Assembly (NCBI RefSeq): GCF_009834535.1
Contig: NC_045697.1
Span: forward strand, 63,986,001 to 64,050,000
Source of the DNA: Camelus ferus
Lineage: Eukaryota
Direction: 5' to 3'
Length of the DNA: 64,000 nucleotides
Both the position numbers and the translations under genes were made by a program. The notes under the pieces were generated by a model. It searched no databases, was not told the origin of the DNA, and saw only the letters and a list, made by a program, of their open reading frames with translations. Below are positions 1-13,513 of the stretch, piece after piece; position 1 is the stretch's first letter, and the number at the start of each line of letters is the position of its first letter.

Positions 1-200
1 GGTGTCTCTTTTTATGTTCAAATTTCCTCTTCTTATAAGGGTACTAATTGTATTGGATTAGGGCCCACTTTAACAGTCCTATTTTAACTTGATCACCTCT
101 TTAAAGGCCCTTTCTCCAAATACAGTCACACTCTGAGATAATGGTTGATAGGGTTCCATATAAATTTAGTGGTGGGGGGGATAAAATTCAGCCTATAACA
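1..200 (-). mobile_element. MaLR LTR fragment (MLT1A/B/C-like), truncated by window edge
   Basis: Ends in aattcagcctataaca, the reverse complement of the MLT1 5' start tgttatgggctgaatt. Also carries ggattagggcccac and ctccaaatacagtcaca motifs typical of MLT1. Confidence 0.85.
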
Positions 201-1164
201 ATGGGGATGGCAAGCTATTTTCCAAAATAAATTTAGGTGACCTTCTAAAAATAAAGTTGTTTTTAAAGTTATAACAGAAGAGTTTAGCTATTCCTACGAG
301 CAGCATTCCAAACCCTAAATATGTGAGAAGCTAAAGACTGAGGATTCCTCAAAATCATAACATAGTGACCCAGGTAGAGTCCAAGGAAAGTGTCACTATA
401 TTAGCAAATGTAGGTCTGTAGCATACTAATTTGTGTTATACACCATCTGATAAAAAAAGAATGTGTTGGCAGAGGGTGCTGATGGTTTTTACACAAGCTG
501 GAGAAAAGCAGCCAAAACAATAAAAGCTCATTGTTAAATTTCCAGCAATGTCCAGGGCTGAGGTCAGGGTGGAGACATCCTCGAACTCTCCAGTTACTGG
601 AAAGACATGTTCTCTGTCATGGGTCTGTCTTGATTTATGGCGCCTCACTGAAGTCAGTTGGATTGCAGTGTTGTTGTTTCCTTTGATTTTGTACTAGTTC
701 CATTTTTGTCAAAAGTAATTTATTCTGAAATTCAACTTCTCATATACTGCCACGATGAGAATTTCATGGAGAGCAAACATAAATAATATTCCATTTCCAG
801 GAAGAGAATGCCTGCAGTTGCAAATGATAGACTGACTTTCTAGTTTGTTCAGCAGTGTAACATGAGCACCAGGGTGCTTCTACCCAAGCAGTCAGCCCGT
901 ATCTTTGGAATCTTCCCCGGTGTGCCTATGCCTTTAACCTCAGCACACTTGCTTAGTAAATACTGCTGAGTCTTATTCTTCAATTCTGTGAAAAGGTTTA
1001 TGTTATTAATTCACAAATTCTCCTAACTGTTCTTAGTTGATTTTTCTTTGAAACCTGTAGTTTCATCTTAATCTTTAATTGAATAGCACTTTTTATGGCT
1101 TTTTTTTTTTTTTTGGCAAAATGAAAAACACTATTCAGCTTCGTCAAGCTTGTTCTTACTTCAG

Positions 1165-1280
1165 AACCTTGAACTGCTGCTTACTCTATGCTTAGATCTT
1201 TTTGTAACTTACTTCTTTACATATTCCAGGTCAGATGGCAACCCCTCAGAGGCCTTCTCTGACTAACCTTGCTAAAATGA
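1165..1280 (+). mobile_element. L2 3'-region remnant
   Basis: cctcagaggccttctctgactaaccttgctaaaat resembles L2 consensus cctcagagaggccttccctgaccaccctatctaaaat. Confidence 0.6.
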
Positions 1281-1619
1281 TTGCTCACCCCCAGCCTCCA
1301 TCCCTCCTGCATAGAAAAATGCTGACAATATTTATTGGGGTCAGTGAACATGTCTTTCCTAAACAAAATCAATGAGTTAATGAATCAACTTTGGATCCTA
1401 TAGAATGTTTAAAGAATGAGAGTAACAATACAAAGTTTTAATTTAATAGTTATCCATATATTTTCATGTTTTAAGTAAACATTGGCTAAAAATCTAGACA
1501 GTATCTGGCTAGATACTTTCCTATCATATACATAAAAGACATATGAGTTCATACTGTCTTTTATTTGAAAACAAGTGATTCTCAGCTTCCAAGGAATCTG
1601 CCTGTCAATGGTTTACTTC

Positions 1620-1792
1620 CTTGATTACCAAAGCATGGTGGCCAAAACAACAGCATTAAGATTGCCTTGAAGATTCTTAGAAATGCAAATTTTGGACTAC
1701 AACCCAGAACTGCTAAATCAGAAACTCTGGAGGTAGGGTCCAGTTATCTGTATTTTAACAGAACGTGTAGATGATTCTTTAGTGAACCACTG
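1620..1792 (+). mobile_element. MER5A (hAT-Charlie non-autonomous)
   Basis: ttagaaatgcaaatt...aatcagaaactctggaggtagggtccag...tgattc...gaaccactg matches the MER5A body and right TIR. Confidence 0.85.
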
Positions 1793-4519
1793 ATTTAACC
1801 TATTTAAAAGTCTAAATTAATACTTATGGCTATTTGAATTAAAATAGTAGCATTGCCATTTGAACATAATTGGACTTCTTCAATGATTTTAGAACCTGCT
1901 GATATAATATAAAAAATCAATCTTTTATCTCTCTGATTTATAATTCCATTCACAAACTTGGCATCTCAGAATGATCCAAGAGTCCTGTACCTAATTTCTC
2001 ACCTAAAAGTCAATGCAGACTTGGGTTCATTTCCTAATACATGGATGAAAAACTATTTCCCGTTACATTTCTTTGGTATGGGACAGGAAAAAATGAATAG
2101 GAAATGACAATAAACCAGCAACAATTTATCAACCTTGCTGTCATTTCTCAAATATCATTTTCACAAATATGTTATTACAGGGCTCTGTTAGAGTACAAAG
2201 GGATAATTTGGCAAGCTGCGAAAAGACTGTCAAGTGTTGGGAAAATACTGTGTTCTAGAGTCATGACAGATTTATGCTATGAATAAATGTTTGAACTTCA
2301 GATAATATATGTTACCATTCATTTGTGGCACAAACCTAATAGAATTATAAGACAGGAACTTCATTGTTTTTACACTATGACAAAAATATGAGTCTGTTTT
2401 GAAAAGGGAAAAAAGTAGCATGCATTATTAAAGAAGCAGGAGCCAGTGAATGAACACCTTCCTGCCTTTTATCTCCACCTGTAGTGAACTCACTTGTACT
2501 CTTCCTGCCCTACAAATCTGCAACACAATTATAACCTAACCTTTGCAAGCTGCCTATGTTGTGAAAACATTTCTTCTTAGTGAAATACTATGCTTAAAGA
2601 AGATAGTTACTAATATATTGAAGCACATCTTCCCAGTTCAGGTAGAAATTCTTGGCCCTTAAAATACAGAGAATTATTTTTACTTCCTATTCTTTGACTG
2701 TATCTTTGTCTTGTAATGAGAATGATGAAGTAAAAGTCAAAATGGCTATGGTTGAAATCACTTGGGAATAAAATCATGAACTGTTCTTAAAATATATAAA
2801 ATTATGATTAATAAGAACTTCATTTGGAATATATATATACAGAGATATATACATATAAATGTATCTTTGAAGTAATGAAATTAAGATTCTCATTATAGTA
2901 AAGAAACAGAATTTATGACAAAAATGGAATTCAAAACAAGTTTTTTTTAAATTTCAGAATATAGCCTCATTCTTTTTGGCCACTTTATGTGTACCCCAAT
3001 TCACCCAACTCTAATTATTGAGAATTGCATCTTCTGTTAGATTGTCCTAGAAATATCTTATTTAAATATTAATAATATGTGATGAAAACTTGTTTACTAT
3101 GAAGAAAATATATTGCACAACTTTTGATATTTGATATTTTACAATACTGACTGTATCAAAATGCATTTCTTACAAATTACTTCTAAATATGGGACATATA
3201 TCTAGAAAGCAAACTTAAGTTTATTTTTCCCCTGAGCAAATAATTGACATGTAGTCCTTTTGGTAAGAAAATCAATTTAACTTGGCTTGAAATTATGGCT
3301 TTGTTGAAAATAGAGAAATATTACAGTAAGTGGCAAAACTTTTGGCCTTCAAGTAACTACCTATTCCAGATGTTAATAACAGAATTTTGTTATTTTTAAT
3401 TGTTCATATCATGAAAATATTCAAAAAATAATAATTTTAATGTTGGGATCACTATTTCATGGTCATTATAGATATTTGTACATTCAACCCTTAGAATTTT
3501 TTCTCATAGGAATTGATTATAACTGTATAATGCAGGCTAGTGTAAAAATCTGGCTCACTTTCCACTAACTGCTCAAATACACTTACTTAAAATATAAAGT
3601 GATTGAAAGGGATGCAGACATAAACAATATATATGTGTATTTTTAAAGAGGTCATTTATATTTTCAATAGCATATAAGCTATTAATACAAAAGCCTTATT
3701 AATTTAAAAACAGAAACAGTAGATTTTCTTTCAAAACACCTGTGGAATATTTTATGCCTTGGGGATAGTAATAGGAAAAAAAGGGTTTGTTTACACTGTG
3801 ACACACAAAGATAACATTAAGGTTTCAATTACGTTAAAAATTGAGGTTTTTATTTTTTACTTTGTTTTGGTGCTATATGTTTAAAATATCTCAAACTTTG
3901 GGAAATGCGAGTCAACAGGCAGCAGAGAGAGTGTACACAAGTCTACTTACAAGGCACGCTGTGAGCCCAAGGGAAACTAATTTGCATAATTCTCACTACT
4001 GTATTGTTGTGGAAAAGATTCTATTTATGGAAACATTTGGTCAGAGTGTTAAGTTGCAGGACAATAGAGAAAACTGAGTTTTAGGTTTTCAAAAATATCT
4101 TAAGAATAGGTTATATTGGAACAGGTACTAGTGAAAGAATGGCTGTTTCACTACCAACTATTTAAATTAACCTATGATTTGCCTAATTTATTTTAGATTA
4201 ATATTTCCAGTAGTTTCTGTTGTACTTACTGTATGGGCAAAAGAGCAGAGCACAATTGATTAATATAATTTTATAAAATTGTAAAAGTTTTCATTATTCT
4301 ACATTCCTCTAAATGATATTCATTCACTTGAATCCCTAAATCTCGTATTATATACATTCCATAGTTAGATCTCTTGATTATATCATGAAAACAATACAAC
4401 TGTTTTTAACATAAAAAATAATGTGTTTCAAAATGAACAATTGTTTTTAATATTTAGAAATTTGACATGGTACAAGTATCAGATATTTGCCAAGTTATCT
4501 AAAGTTTTATGTTATTGTA

Positions 4520-4815
4520 ATGAGGGAAGATTGCTTTGGGATGGTAACATTTACATAAAGTTCTAAGGAAAAAGTGGCTGAGTCAGCCACATGGACACAT
4601 TGGACAGTAATGTTTAAGGCAGAAGAAATAGCAGAACGTGAGGCCAAAACGTGAAAGTCCTTTTGGAGGAAAAGTAATGAGGTGCCATGCCTAGAATTAA
4701 GTGACTAAAGCAGAAGGTAGAATGGGTGAAAGGTGGCAATTCATGCCAAGGCTGGGGGCCCTCATCAGGATTTTCATGTTTATTCTGGGTGAGATGGAAA
4801 ACAACTAGAGAGTTC
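4520..4815 (-). mobile_element. L2 fragment
   Basis: Purine-rich antisense L2 motifs: aggcagaagaaatagca, ggattttcatgtttattctgggtgagatggaaaacaactagagagtt. Confidence 0.65.
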
Positions 4816-5039
4816 TTCCTGTGTTTCTCCTAATGTCTGTTTCCTTTCTGGGGCCACCTGCCCTCATTAGTCTCTTACTCTCTTGCATTATGCATTATTA
4901 CACAGCCTCTGGAACAGTTAGAGCTCCTAGATGCCAGAGTTTTCCCAGACTCTACTGTCCTCTTGACTGCAAAGTCAAGCTTCATTCAGGACTTCATGGA
5001 TGATCTTTCCCCTGATCAAAACTTATTAAAAACAACAAC

Positions 5040-5235
5040 AGTAATGATATCTATCATTTATAATGTTGCATTCAGTATGTAATTTAATTAAATTATTTTT
5101 CATATTGACCTTTGAGGCCAAAAACTACTATTGTACCTGCTTTGCAAATGAAGAAAGTGTGGCTTAGAGAAGTTAAGTAATTGGCTTAAAGGTACAGCTA
5201 GATACTGGTGGGAACATGGTTTTATCCCCAATGCT
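5040..5235 (-). mobile_element. MIR SINE
   Basis: tttgcaaatgaagaaagtgtggcttagagaagttaagtaattggcttaaaggtacagctag is the antisense MIR core. Confidence 0.8.
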
Positions 5236-5294
5236 GATCAAATGGAAGGAAACTTTCTCAGCCAATATTTAAGGTCTTTCGCATAAAGATTAAA

Positions 5295-5485
5295 AGTGAG
5301 CTAGCCTGACCCAGCTTCCTGTGCCATCTCTATGTTTGGGGTCAAGTTACTGAACTTTGACTCAGTGAACTTACCTGTAAAATGGGAATCATAATACTAC
5401 TTTCCTCAAAATTAAATGAGAAAATGCACACGAAGCACTTTATACAGATCTTATTATATAATGGGCACTGAACAGATGTTAGCTA
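5295..5485 (+). mobile_element. MIR SINE
   Basis: gtcaagttactgaactttgactcagt...acctgtaaaatgggaatcataatactac...attaaatgagaaaatgca is the sense MIR core and tail. Confidence 0.8.
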
Positions 5486-7903
5486 GAATCATTATCTTAA
5501 TGTTGCCATTTACATGGCAAGATGCATCAGAACATAAGGAAATGTTTCCATGGAAATCAATATCTTTTTAGCTGTAAGATTATACACTCAGGGTATTGTT
5601 TGATCACAGCAAAGGTAGAACTGTGCCATATAATCAATATGACAGAAACCTATATGAGCATTTAAAAAAAAAAATTATTCCCTTTGTGGTTTTAAAAATA
5701 CACATTTTTCTTTGTAATTATAACTTTTACATAAGTGACTGATTATCAGATGGATCAGTAGATGGAGAGTGGTTACTGTGACAAAGATGAATACCAAAAA
5801 TATGATAATCTTCATGTTATCCAAATGCTTTACTCATCCGAAAAACTCAACTGACTATGAACATGAATAAGTAATAGAGTGGAACCTGTCATTGCTAATT
5901 GTTTTTTCTTTTTTTCCACAATGTAGTGTTATGTCTAATGATAGCAGCTTGTACTAGGAAAAATAATGTGATGTTTCAGAAGCTTGTAAATCGTGTTGCT
6001 TGGCCAGGTTTTTAATGTACTCCTGATATGTACCATTATTTAATTAATGTAATTACAGTCTTCCCTGTGGGCCTGTTCTTGGCTTATCTCCTACAGGAAG
6101 TGAAATGGCTTTTATTTTAAGAATACATTATTATGGCTGGATTTTTATAAAAGCTTGTCAACACCACCCCAACCCCACTGTCTGTAGGAATATAAATCTA
6201 ATGTTATTATTACATACAATGTTACTGGATGGAAGTAAAACCTCAAATTTGTGTCTGCCCCAAATCTGTGAAAAGCTCAGTAGAAAGCCAATTCATCCAT
6301 TTGTTTGGATCAATGACCTGGAACTAATACTACTTGCTGAATACTTCCTTGAAATATAATCTTACAAGAAACTAAATTTATGAAATCAAAAAATGTGGAA
6401 TTTCTCTGTGAGCTATAGGTAGACTGGCAATCCTCAGTATTCCCAGGGCTTCTCCAGGACAACCTCAGGTGTCCGAGGAGTAACATCTGCCCTAGGTACT
6501 CTGCGTACATCTCCAGGGACACCTACCTGTCAGAGAGCAATGTTTTTTGACTGTAAACTATAGGCTCCATGTAGTTCTAGACGGCATGACCTGTACTAAA
6601 AAAACACTGTATAAGAAGCAACCATTATTAAACCTAAAGTAAAGATGTCATAGAAGAAGTTTAGTGATTTATACTATGAGAATCCTCAGGAGGAATTTCT
6701 CTCTGGTCTTAGGCTTTTCCTGAGCAATTTTGTGATTGAAGGAATAGAGGAAATCTTCACAGAGGTAGAGATCTTTGAACTCAACAATTTTATAATGGAT
6801 TATTTTATAGTATCATTCCAGAGGAAGGGATTTTATATAGTTAAGAAAGCACATGGTGAGCTCAGTGAACAAGAAGTGCTTTGGTGTGTGGGTAGCATGA
6901 AATACGTGAAATAGTATTTTAAGAAATAATGCTAGATACGTAAGTTCTCATTTTACATAATGTAGACATTGTATTTTGCATGTTCCATTAAAAGCTTTTG
7001 AGAAACAGACTTATAATGATAGGAAATCTCTGAAAGAAATGCAGAATATTCATAAATATTATCCTCAAGGAGCATACAAATTCCTGGGCAAGATAAGTTT
7101 TCCAAAGAAATAAACATAATTAAACTTAGAAAGTCTGATGGATATGAGCCTTTGAGTAATTTTATGCAGCTTAATAGAGAGCTATATTTTTTAAATTCTT
7201 GATTTTTAATTGAATTAGATTCTTAAAGTTCTTATAGTGCTTTACAACTTTTAAAAGTTTCACACAGATGATTTCATATAATCCCATAATAAAATTTCCC
7301 CCTACCCCTGTTTTGCCCCTCCCCACTTTCCTTTCCCCACTGGTAACCACTAGTTTGTTCTATCTGTGAGTCTGCTTCTTTTTTCTTACATTCACTAGTT
7401 TGTTGTATTTTTTAGATTCCACATATAAGTGATATCATACAGTATTTGTCTTTCTCTGTCTGACTTATTTCACTTAACATAATGCCCTCCAAATCCATCC
7501 ATGTTGGGGCAAATGGCAACATTTTATTCTTTATGGCTGAGCAGTATTCCATTGTATGTATAGACTGCATCTTCTTTATCCATTCTTCAGTTAATTGACA
7601 CTGAGGTTGCTCCCATACATTGGCAATGGTAAATAATGCTGCTATGAACATTGGGGTGCATGTATTCTTTCAAGTTAGTGTCTGAATTCTTCATATACAT
7701 ACCCAGGAGTAGAATTGCTGGGTCATGTGGTAGTTTTATTTTTACTTTTTTGAAAAACCTGCATAACGTTTTCCACAGTGGCTTCACCAATTTACATTCC
7801 AATCAACAGTGTCCAAGGGTTCCCTTTTCTCCATATCCTCGCCAACATTTGCCATTATTTTGATGATAGCTGTTCTGATTGGTATGAGGTGATATCTCAC
7901 TGT

Positions 7904-8270
7904 TTTTCTTTTTTTTTTTGAAATATAGTCATTTTACAATGTTATGTTAATTTCTGGAATACAGAACAGTGATACAGTTATAATATATATTATATATTTA
8001 TATATATATTCCTCTTTATTATAGGCTACTACAAGGTACTGAATATAGTTCCCTGTGCTATACAGTAGGACCTTTTTGTTTATCTGTTTTATATATAGTA
8101 GTTAGTATCCGCAAATCCCAAACTCCCAGTTTATCTCTTCATCCCCCCTTCCAGCTGGTAACTATAAGTTTGTTTTCTATGTCTATGAGTCTATTTCTGT
8201 TTTGTAAGTAAGTTCATTTGTGTCTTTTTTTTTTTTTAAATTCCACATAGAAGGGATATCATGTGATATT
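7904..8270 (-). mobile_element. Nested younger L1 3' end (5'-truncated, ~370 bp)
   Basis: Poly-T followed by L1 3' UTR (ccctgtgctatacagtaggacc, gcaaatcccaaactcccagtttatc). Host sequence tcactgt is duplicated at 7897-7903 and 8272-8278. Confidence 0.9.
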
Positions 8271-8950
8271 TTCACTGTAGTTTTTATTTGCATTTCCCTG
8301 ATGATTAGTGATGTTGAGCATCTTTTCATGTGCCTGTTGGCCATCTGTATGTTTTCTTTGGAAAAATGTCTATTCAGTTCTTCTGCCCATTTTTTAATTG
8401 AGTTGTTTGTTTTGTTTGATGTTGAGCTGTATGAGCTGTTTATATATGTTGGATATCAACTGCTTATTGGTCATATCATTTGCAAATATCTTCTCCCATT
8501 TAGTAGGTCATATTTTCATTTTGTCTATGGTTTTATTTGCGTGCAAAAGCTTTAAATTTAATCAGGTGCCATTTATTTATTTTTTCTTTTGTTTCCTTTG
8601 CTTTTGGAGACAGAATCAAAAAAATATTACTGCGATCTATGTCAAAAGACTGTTCTGCTTATGTTTTCCTCTAGAAGTTGTATGGTGTCTGGTCTTACAT
8701 CTAGGTCTTTAATCCACTTTGAGTTTATTTTTGTATATGGTATTAGAGATTGTTCTAATTTCATTCTTTTAGAGGTATCTGTCCAGTTTTCCCAGCACCA
8801 CTTATTGAAGAAGTTATCTTTTCTTCATTATATATTCTTGCCTTCTTTGTCATAAATTAATTGATCATAAGTGTATGGATATATTTCTGGGCTCTTTATT
8901 CTCTTCCATTGATCTATGTATCTGATTTTGCGCCAGTACCATATTGTTTT

Positions 8951-9048
8951 TTTCTTTCTTTTTTTTTGTTGATGTACAGTTAGTTACAATATGTCAGTTT
9001 ACGGTGTACAGCACAATGTCTCATTCATGCATATACATATATATATAT
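8951..9048 (-). mobile_element. Nested L1 3' terminal tail (~100 bp) with 18-bp TSD
   Basis: TSD ccagtaccatattgtttt (8933-8950) / ccagtactatagtgtttt (9049-9066) followed by ga, a TTTT/GA endonuclease-type site. Poly-T plus tacaatatgtcagtttacggtgtacagca. Confidence 0.9.
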
Positions 9049-9714
9049 CCAGTACTATAGTGTTTTGATTACTGTAGCTTTGTAGTATAGCCTTAAGTCA
9101 AGAAGCGTAACTTCATGTGGAGATTCCTACTCTGTTCTTTTTTTCTCAGGATTGTTTTGGCTATTTGAGGTCTTTCATGTTTCTATACAAATTTTGAAGT
9201 TATTCTGGTCCTGTGAAAAATACCATAGTTATTTTGATATGGATAGGAATTGTATTGATAGGGATTACATTGCCTTGGTTCATATAATCATTTTAACAAT
9301 ATTAATTCTTCTGATCTAAGAACACAGTATATTTTTCCATCTGTTTGTGTTGTCTTTACATTCTTTCATCAGTGTCTTAGTTTTTCAAGTACAGATCTTT
9401 TACCTCCTTAGGTAGATTTATTCCTAGGTATTTTATTCTTTTTGATGCAATGGTAAATGGGTTTGTTTCCTTACTTTCTCTTTCTCATAGTTCATTGTTA
9501 GTGTATAGAAATACAACAGATTTCTGTAATTAATTTGCATCCTGCAACTTTACCTAATTCATTGCTGAGCTCTGGTAGTTTTCTGGTGACATCTTTAGGA
9601 TTTTCTATATAGTATCATGTCATCTGCAGACAGTGACAGTTTTACTTCTTCCTTTCCTGATTGCTATAGGCTAGGACTTGCAAACTATGTTGGGTAAAAG
9701 TAGCAAGAGTGAAC

Positions 9715-9751
9715 ATATACATACGTGTGTGTATGCGTGTGTGTGTGTGTA
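9715..9751. repeat. Imperfect (TG)n microsatellite
   Basis: cgtgtgtgtatgcgtgtgtgtgtgtgt at the 5' truncation point of the L1. Confidence 0.8.
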
Positions 9752-9905
9752 TTCAAATACATTGCTTTCCTATGCCTTCTTCAGAGAATATCATTGATCT
9801 ACTTTATTACCTGGTAAAGAATGCAAAGGTAGATAATTAAACCTAAAATTGAAAGTCAGTAAATGTTTATTTGTATTATTGAAGATAGTTGGGTATAAAT
9901 TCTTT

Positions 9906-10075
9906 CTTTCTTTTTTTCCTATTTTTTTTATTGAGGTATAGTCACTTTACAATGTTGTGTCATTTTCTGGTGTACAGTGTAATGTTTCAGTTATACATAT
10001 GCATACATATATTCCCTTTCATATTCTTTTTTATTATAGGTTACTACAAGGTACTGAATATACTTCCCTGTGCTA
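9906..10075 (-). mobile_element. L1 3' terminal tail (~170 bp) with ~15-bp TSD
   Basis: T-rich tail plus attgaggtatagtcactttacaatgttgtg...ttccctgtgcta. TSD gggtataaattcttt (9891-9905) / gggtgtaaattattt (10076-10090). Confidence 0.9.
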
Positions 10076-11419
10076 GGGTGTAAATTATTTTTTAATATAC
10101 TTGAATCCTAGGGCCAAAATTTGTTTATTATGAAATAAAATTTAAAGTCTTTTAAACAAAACACATTAAAATGTAGTCATTGCTATTTTCCAGTTACAAT
10201 TTAAAAAGCAATAATTATAGGATACTTATCATTTCATCTTTCTTGGTAATTAAGAATCACCATTATGAGAACACATCATTATCACAGGAAAATCATGTAG
10301 TCTTTCTGAGTTTGTTCTTAGTCTGTCAGCTGGCACTTCCATTTTTGGTATGCTCTTCTCTGACTCGTCCCTAATTCTAGTGACTGTTTCTAATCATCTG
10401 TAAATCAGTTGCCTAGGACAGCAGATTGAGTGATGGTCTAAGAAATGGTCCTAAGAAGGATGGGACTTCCTGATAAGGAAAATGTCAGTATATGTTAAAA
10501 TTTCATAATTTGATTTTATTCAAAATATTTGTTTCCTTTTCAATAAACTGTTGATATCATTAATTGCTTTTCTCAGTATCATAAATATCTATTTTTAGAA
10601 ACAGAATTGAGCTAAAGTAAGTCTCAGAAGTGTTGAAAGTTAACAGCACAGGACAACTCACTATGTATTTCTGTGTGACTGTCTTTCTCCAGTGCAGCTC
10701 TTTACAGTGTCTCACGTGCAGAGACAGAAGACTAGCCATGGGCAACCCAGAGGAATTGCAAAACAGTATTTTGTACTGTATTTCAAAAGACAATATCTCT
10801 CTATACTCACTTCTACTGCTAATTTTGAATATGATTTCTATTGAATAGTATGTAATACACATTTGAAGTTTCCGTAAATTTTTAATTCAAATTATTAGGA
10901 ATTTTAGCCCAGAATTAATTTAAAAATATTCTCTATTCTGTATCTTGGTTATAGTGACTAGTAATTGCCAGTATTTGTTGTTACAAAAAGAGTAACTAGA
11001 AATATAATGCTTAGAAGTATGCACACAGTCTCATGGTATATCTAGTCAATAGACCATCATATCCTAGATAGAACACCACTCATAGCTTGTGAAAAATCAT
11101 TAAATATGTCTTCACACTTAACAATATTTATCAAAGCTAAAACTCTCACATAATTAATATAAAGGAGATTGATTTTTTCACAGCAGTGCTCAATATTTTC
11201 TTGATTTTTTAAAAATATTTTTAATTTTAAGAGAATATCTCTCAATCTAATCTTTATGGAGACAGATGAGAGCAAATGCTATGATTTTTACTTTTTCACA
11301 AGCTTTTCAGAGAAAGAGGTCATCTTTTAAAAAATACGTTAATTTTCTTTAATGAAGACATCTAGCTTAATACTGCACTTCTGGGCAGCATGCCACACAG
11401 AAGACTTCCTTATTCAGAG

Positions 11420-11590
11420 TGTTTAAGGCTCAGGTATCCAAATGCCCGTGCTGCACTCTCTTAGCTCTGTGATTGATTTAACTCTTCTGTACATTAGTTT
11501 TCTCACATCTCCTGCAAAATGGCGGGGGGGAGGATTAAATTAAATGAGTATGAATACTTGCTGCCTAGCATAGAATAATTGTTCAATAAA
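11420..11590 (+). mobile_element. MIR SINE (degenerate)
   Basis: ttagctctgtgattgatttaactcttctgtacattagttttctcac...gaggattaaatt...tgcctagcatagaataattgttcaataaa. Confidence 0.65.
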
Positions 11591-13203
11591 GAAAAGACTT
11601 TTTACCTGTTTTACTTTAAGTTTACCTGCCTACTTTTTCAAAATTACCATTAGAATCATAATCAGATATGATCTGCCAGTGCCTATCTACATATGGCAGT
11701 ACTTGATGAGCTCATCCATGGTATTGAGTGAGGAAAAGAAAATAATTAAGTATAAAAACCCCACAAAAATATGAAATGTAAACTTTGTTTTTTTCTATAT
11801 ATTGTTGATAGATATGCATACTTAAGACTAGGAACTGGTGAAAACCATCATTTTAAATGAATCGCCTCTATTTTGGCCCAGATATTGCTTCTTTAATACT
11901 TCTGGTTCTAATAACCTTGTTTTATGTCCTTCGCATTTCTGATACTTTCTTTGATCTTATTTTATCAGGACTGTATACCTATAAGGAATTATTTTACTTC
12001 TTGCTCAAAATTTAAACTAAAAGGAAAAAAAGACTCATTATCAACTGTAGCACCAAGGTTTTGCTTTCTTTCATTGTGGCCTGCAAATTTTTTGTCACAA
12101 GTTCTAATGCATATCTCGGTTCTGTGTTTTCACAGTCACACAGTTTTCCTTTTTCTAATCTGAGTTCTCTGTGACCGTCCTTCCTATGGTCTGTCTCTGT
12201 ATTATTTCCCACATTACTGTGAAATAAATAATTATGTTCTCTTCTTTTTATTGAGACAGTAATGATTCAGTGTTATGCATTGATTTAAGATGCAATTTCT
12301 GGTTTTTATAAAATATCTAATGGAATGTTTATTTGAATCCAGACCAATGACCCTCCCCCCAAAAAAGGAAAAATAATAAAGCAGCAAAAGAAACAGAAAA
12401 AGAGAAGAAAAATGGAAAGTTGCCTTTCATTCCAAATCTAGATTTTGGAAGGTCTGAAAGCCACAACTGGTGGCCAGTGTCCTTAATAGACCACTACATA
12501 TTGTGGATTCTAAATGGACAGCTGTCCAAGGACAGCCATCCTTCCTAGATTCCTCTCTTTTTACTGACAGACGGACAGATGTTTGTTGTTTCATAGCTCT
12601 CTGCCAGTATACCTTTATCTCCTTGATACTTGCCAGTTTAGCTTTGACAAGAAATATTCTTGACATCTGTATAAATTATTGCAGTCAGCTGAGTGCTATA
12701 TATGCATATAGTACATACTATGTTTATGTGTATGAGTGTGTGTCTGTGTGTGTGTGTATGGAGAGACAGACTATGATATGTATGTGTGTTTTTATACAAT
12801 GGAGACTGTGTAATCTTTCAAGGTATTAAAATAGTAAGAAAAAATGCTTTATCAACTTCTTTTATTTCAAAACAGTCATTTTAGCTAAAATGCTTTTTCA
12901 ATTATTTTCTTAAATATTTTATTTGAAGAAAATTCAGCTACTCAAATCCTTAGAGATTAAATTCCTAAATTTAAATAAAAGTAGATTTTAAGCATTATGA
13001 GAGTTTTAAATGTAGTAATATTTTCCTTTTTACAATGTGGTTAGATAAATTTCTTGATTCATCTCAAATATTACGAGATTTATGAAACCATTAAGAATAA
13101 AAGTTGTTTTAGGGATTTTTTTTTTTGGTGAGAATTAACTTTGTAATACTCAAAACAGCTAGTTCCCATTCTACCTACCTATCTATCCATCCATCCTTCC
13201 TTC

Positions 13204-13513
13204 TGCAATGGAGTGAATGCTTGTGTCACCCCACATTCGTATGTTGAAATCCTAATCACAGTGGGATGGTGTTTGGAGATGGGGCCTTTAGCAGATATTC
13301 AGGTCATGAAAGTAGAGTTCATAAGAAGAGGCCAGAGAGATAGCTAGCTCTCCTTCTGCCATATGAAGTCCCAAGAAAAAGCCAGCTCACTAGACTCCAC
13401 CGTGTTGGCACCTTGATCTCAGACTTCCAGCCCCTAGAACTGTGAGAAACAAAATTCTGTTGTCACCAACCACCCAGTCTATAGTGCTTTGTTGTAGCAG
13501 CCCAAACTGGTAC
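13204..13513 (+). mobile_element. MLT1A-type MaLR solo LTR
   Basis: tgcaatggagtgaatgcttgtgtc...gtatgttgaaatcctaa...tggcaccttgatctcagacttccagcccctagaactgtgagaaac...gcagcccaaact. Confidence 0.9.

Larger units (their letters stand above)
7294..9712 (-). mobile_element. L1 (cetartiodactyl type): part of 3' UTR and ORF2 C-terminal half, 5'-truncated, interrupted by two nested L1 tails
   Basis: ORF 7412..7651(-) [10 protein letters not shown]...WMDLEGIMLSEISQTEKDKY and 7587..7802(-) are L1 ORF2p C-terminal fragments. 3' UTR motif ccccactggtaaccactagtttgttct is present. Confidence 0.95.

Noticed and set aside
6527..6590. Possible 64-nt minus-strand exon (tacag|...cag|gtaggt)
   Set aside because: Stops in all three frames, a weak pyrimidine tract, and no supporting neighbouring exons.
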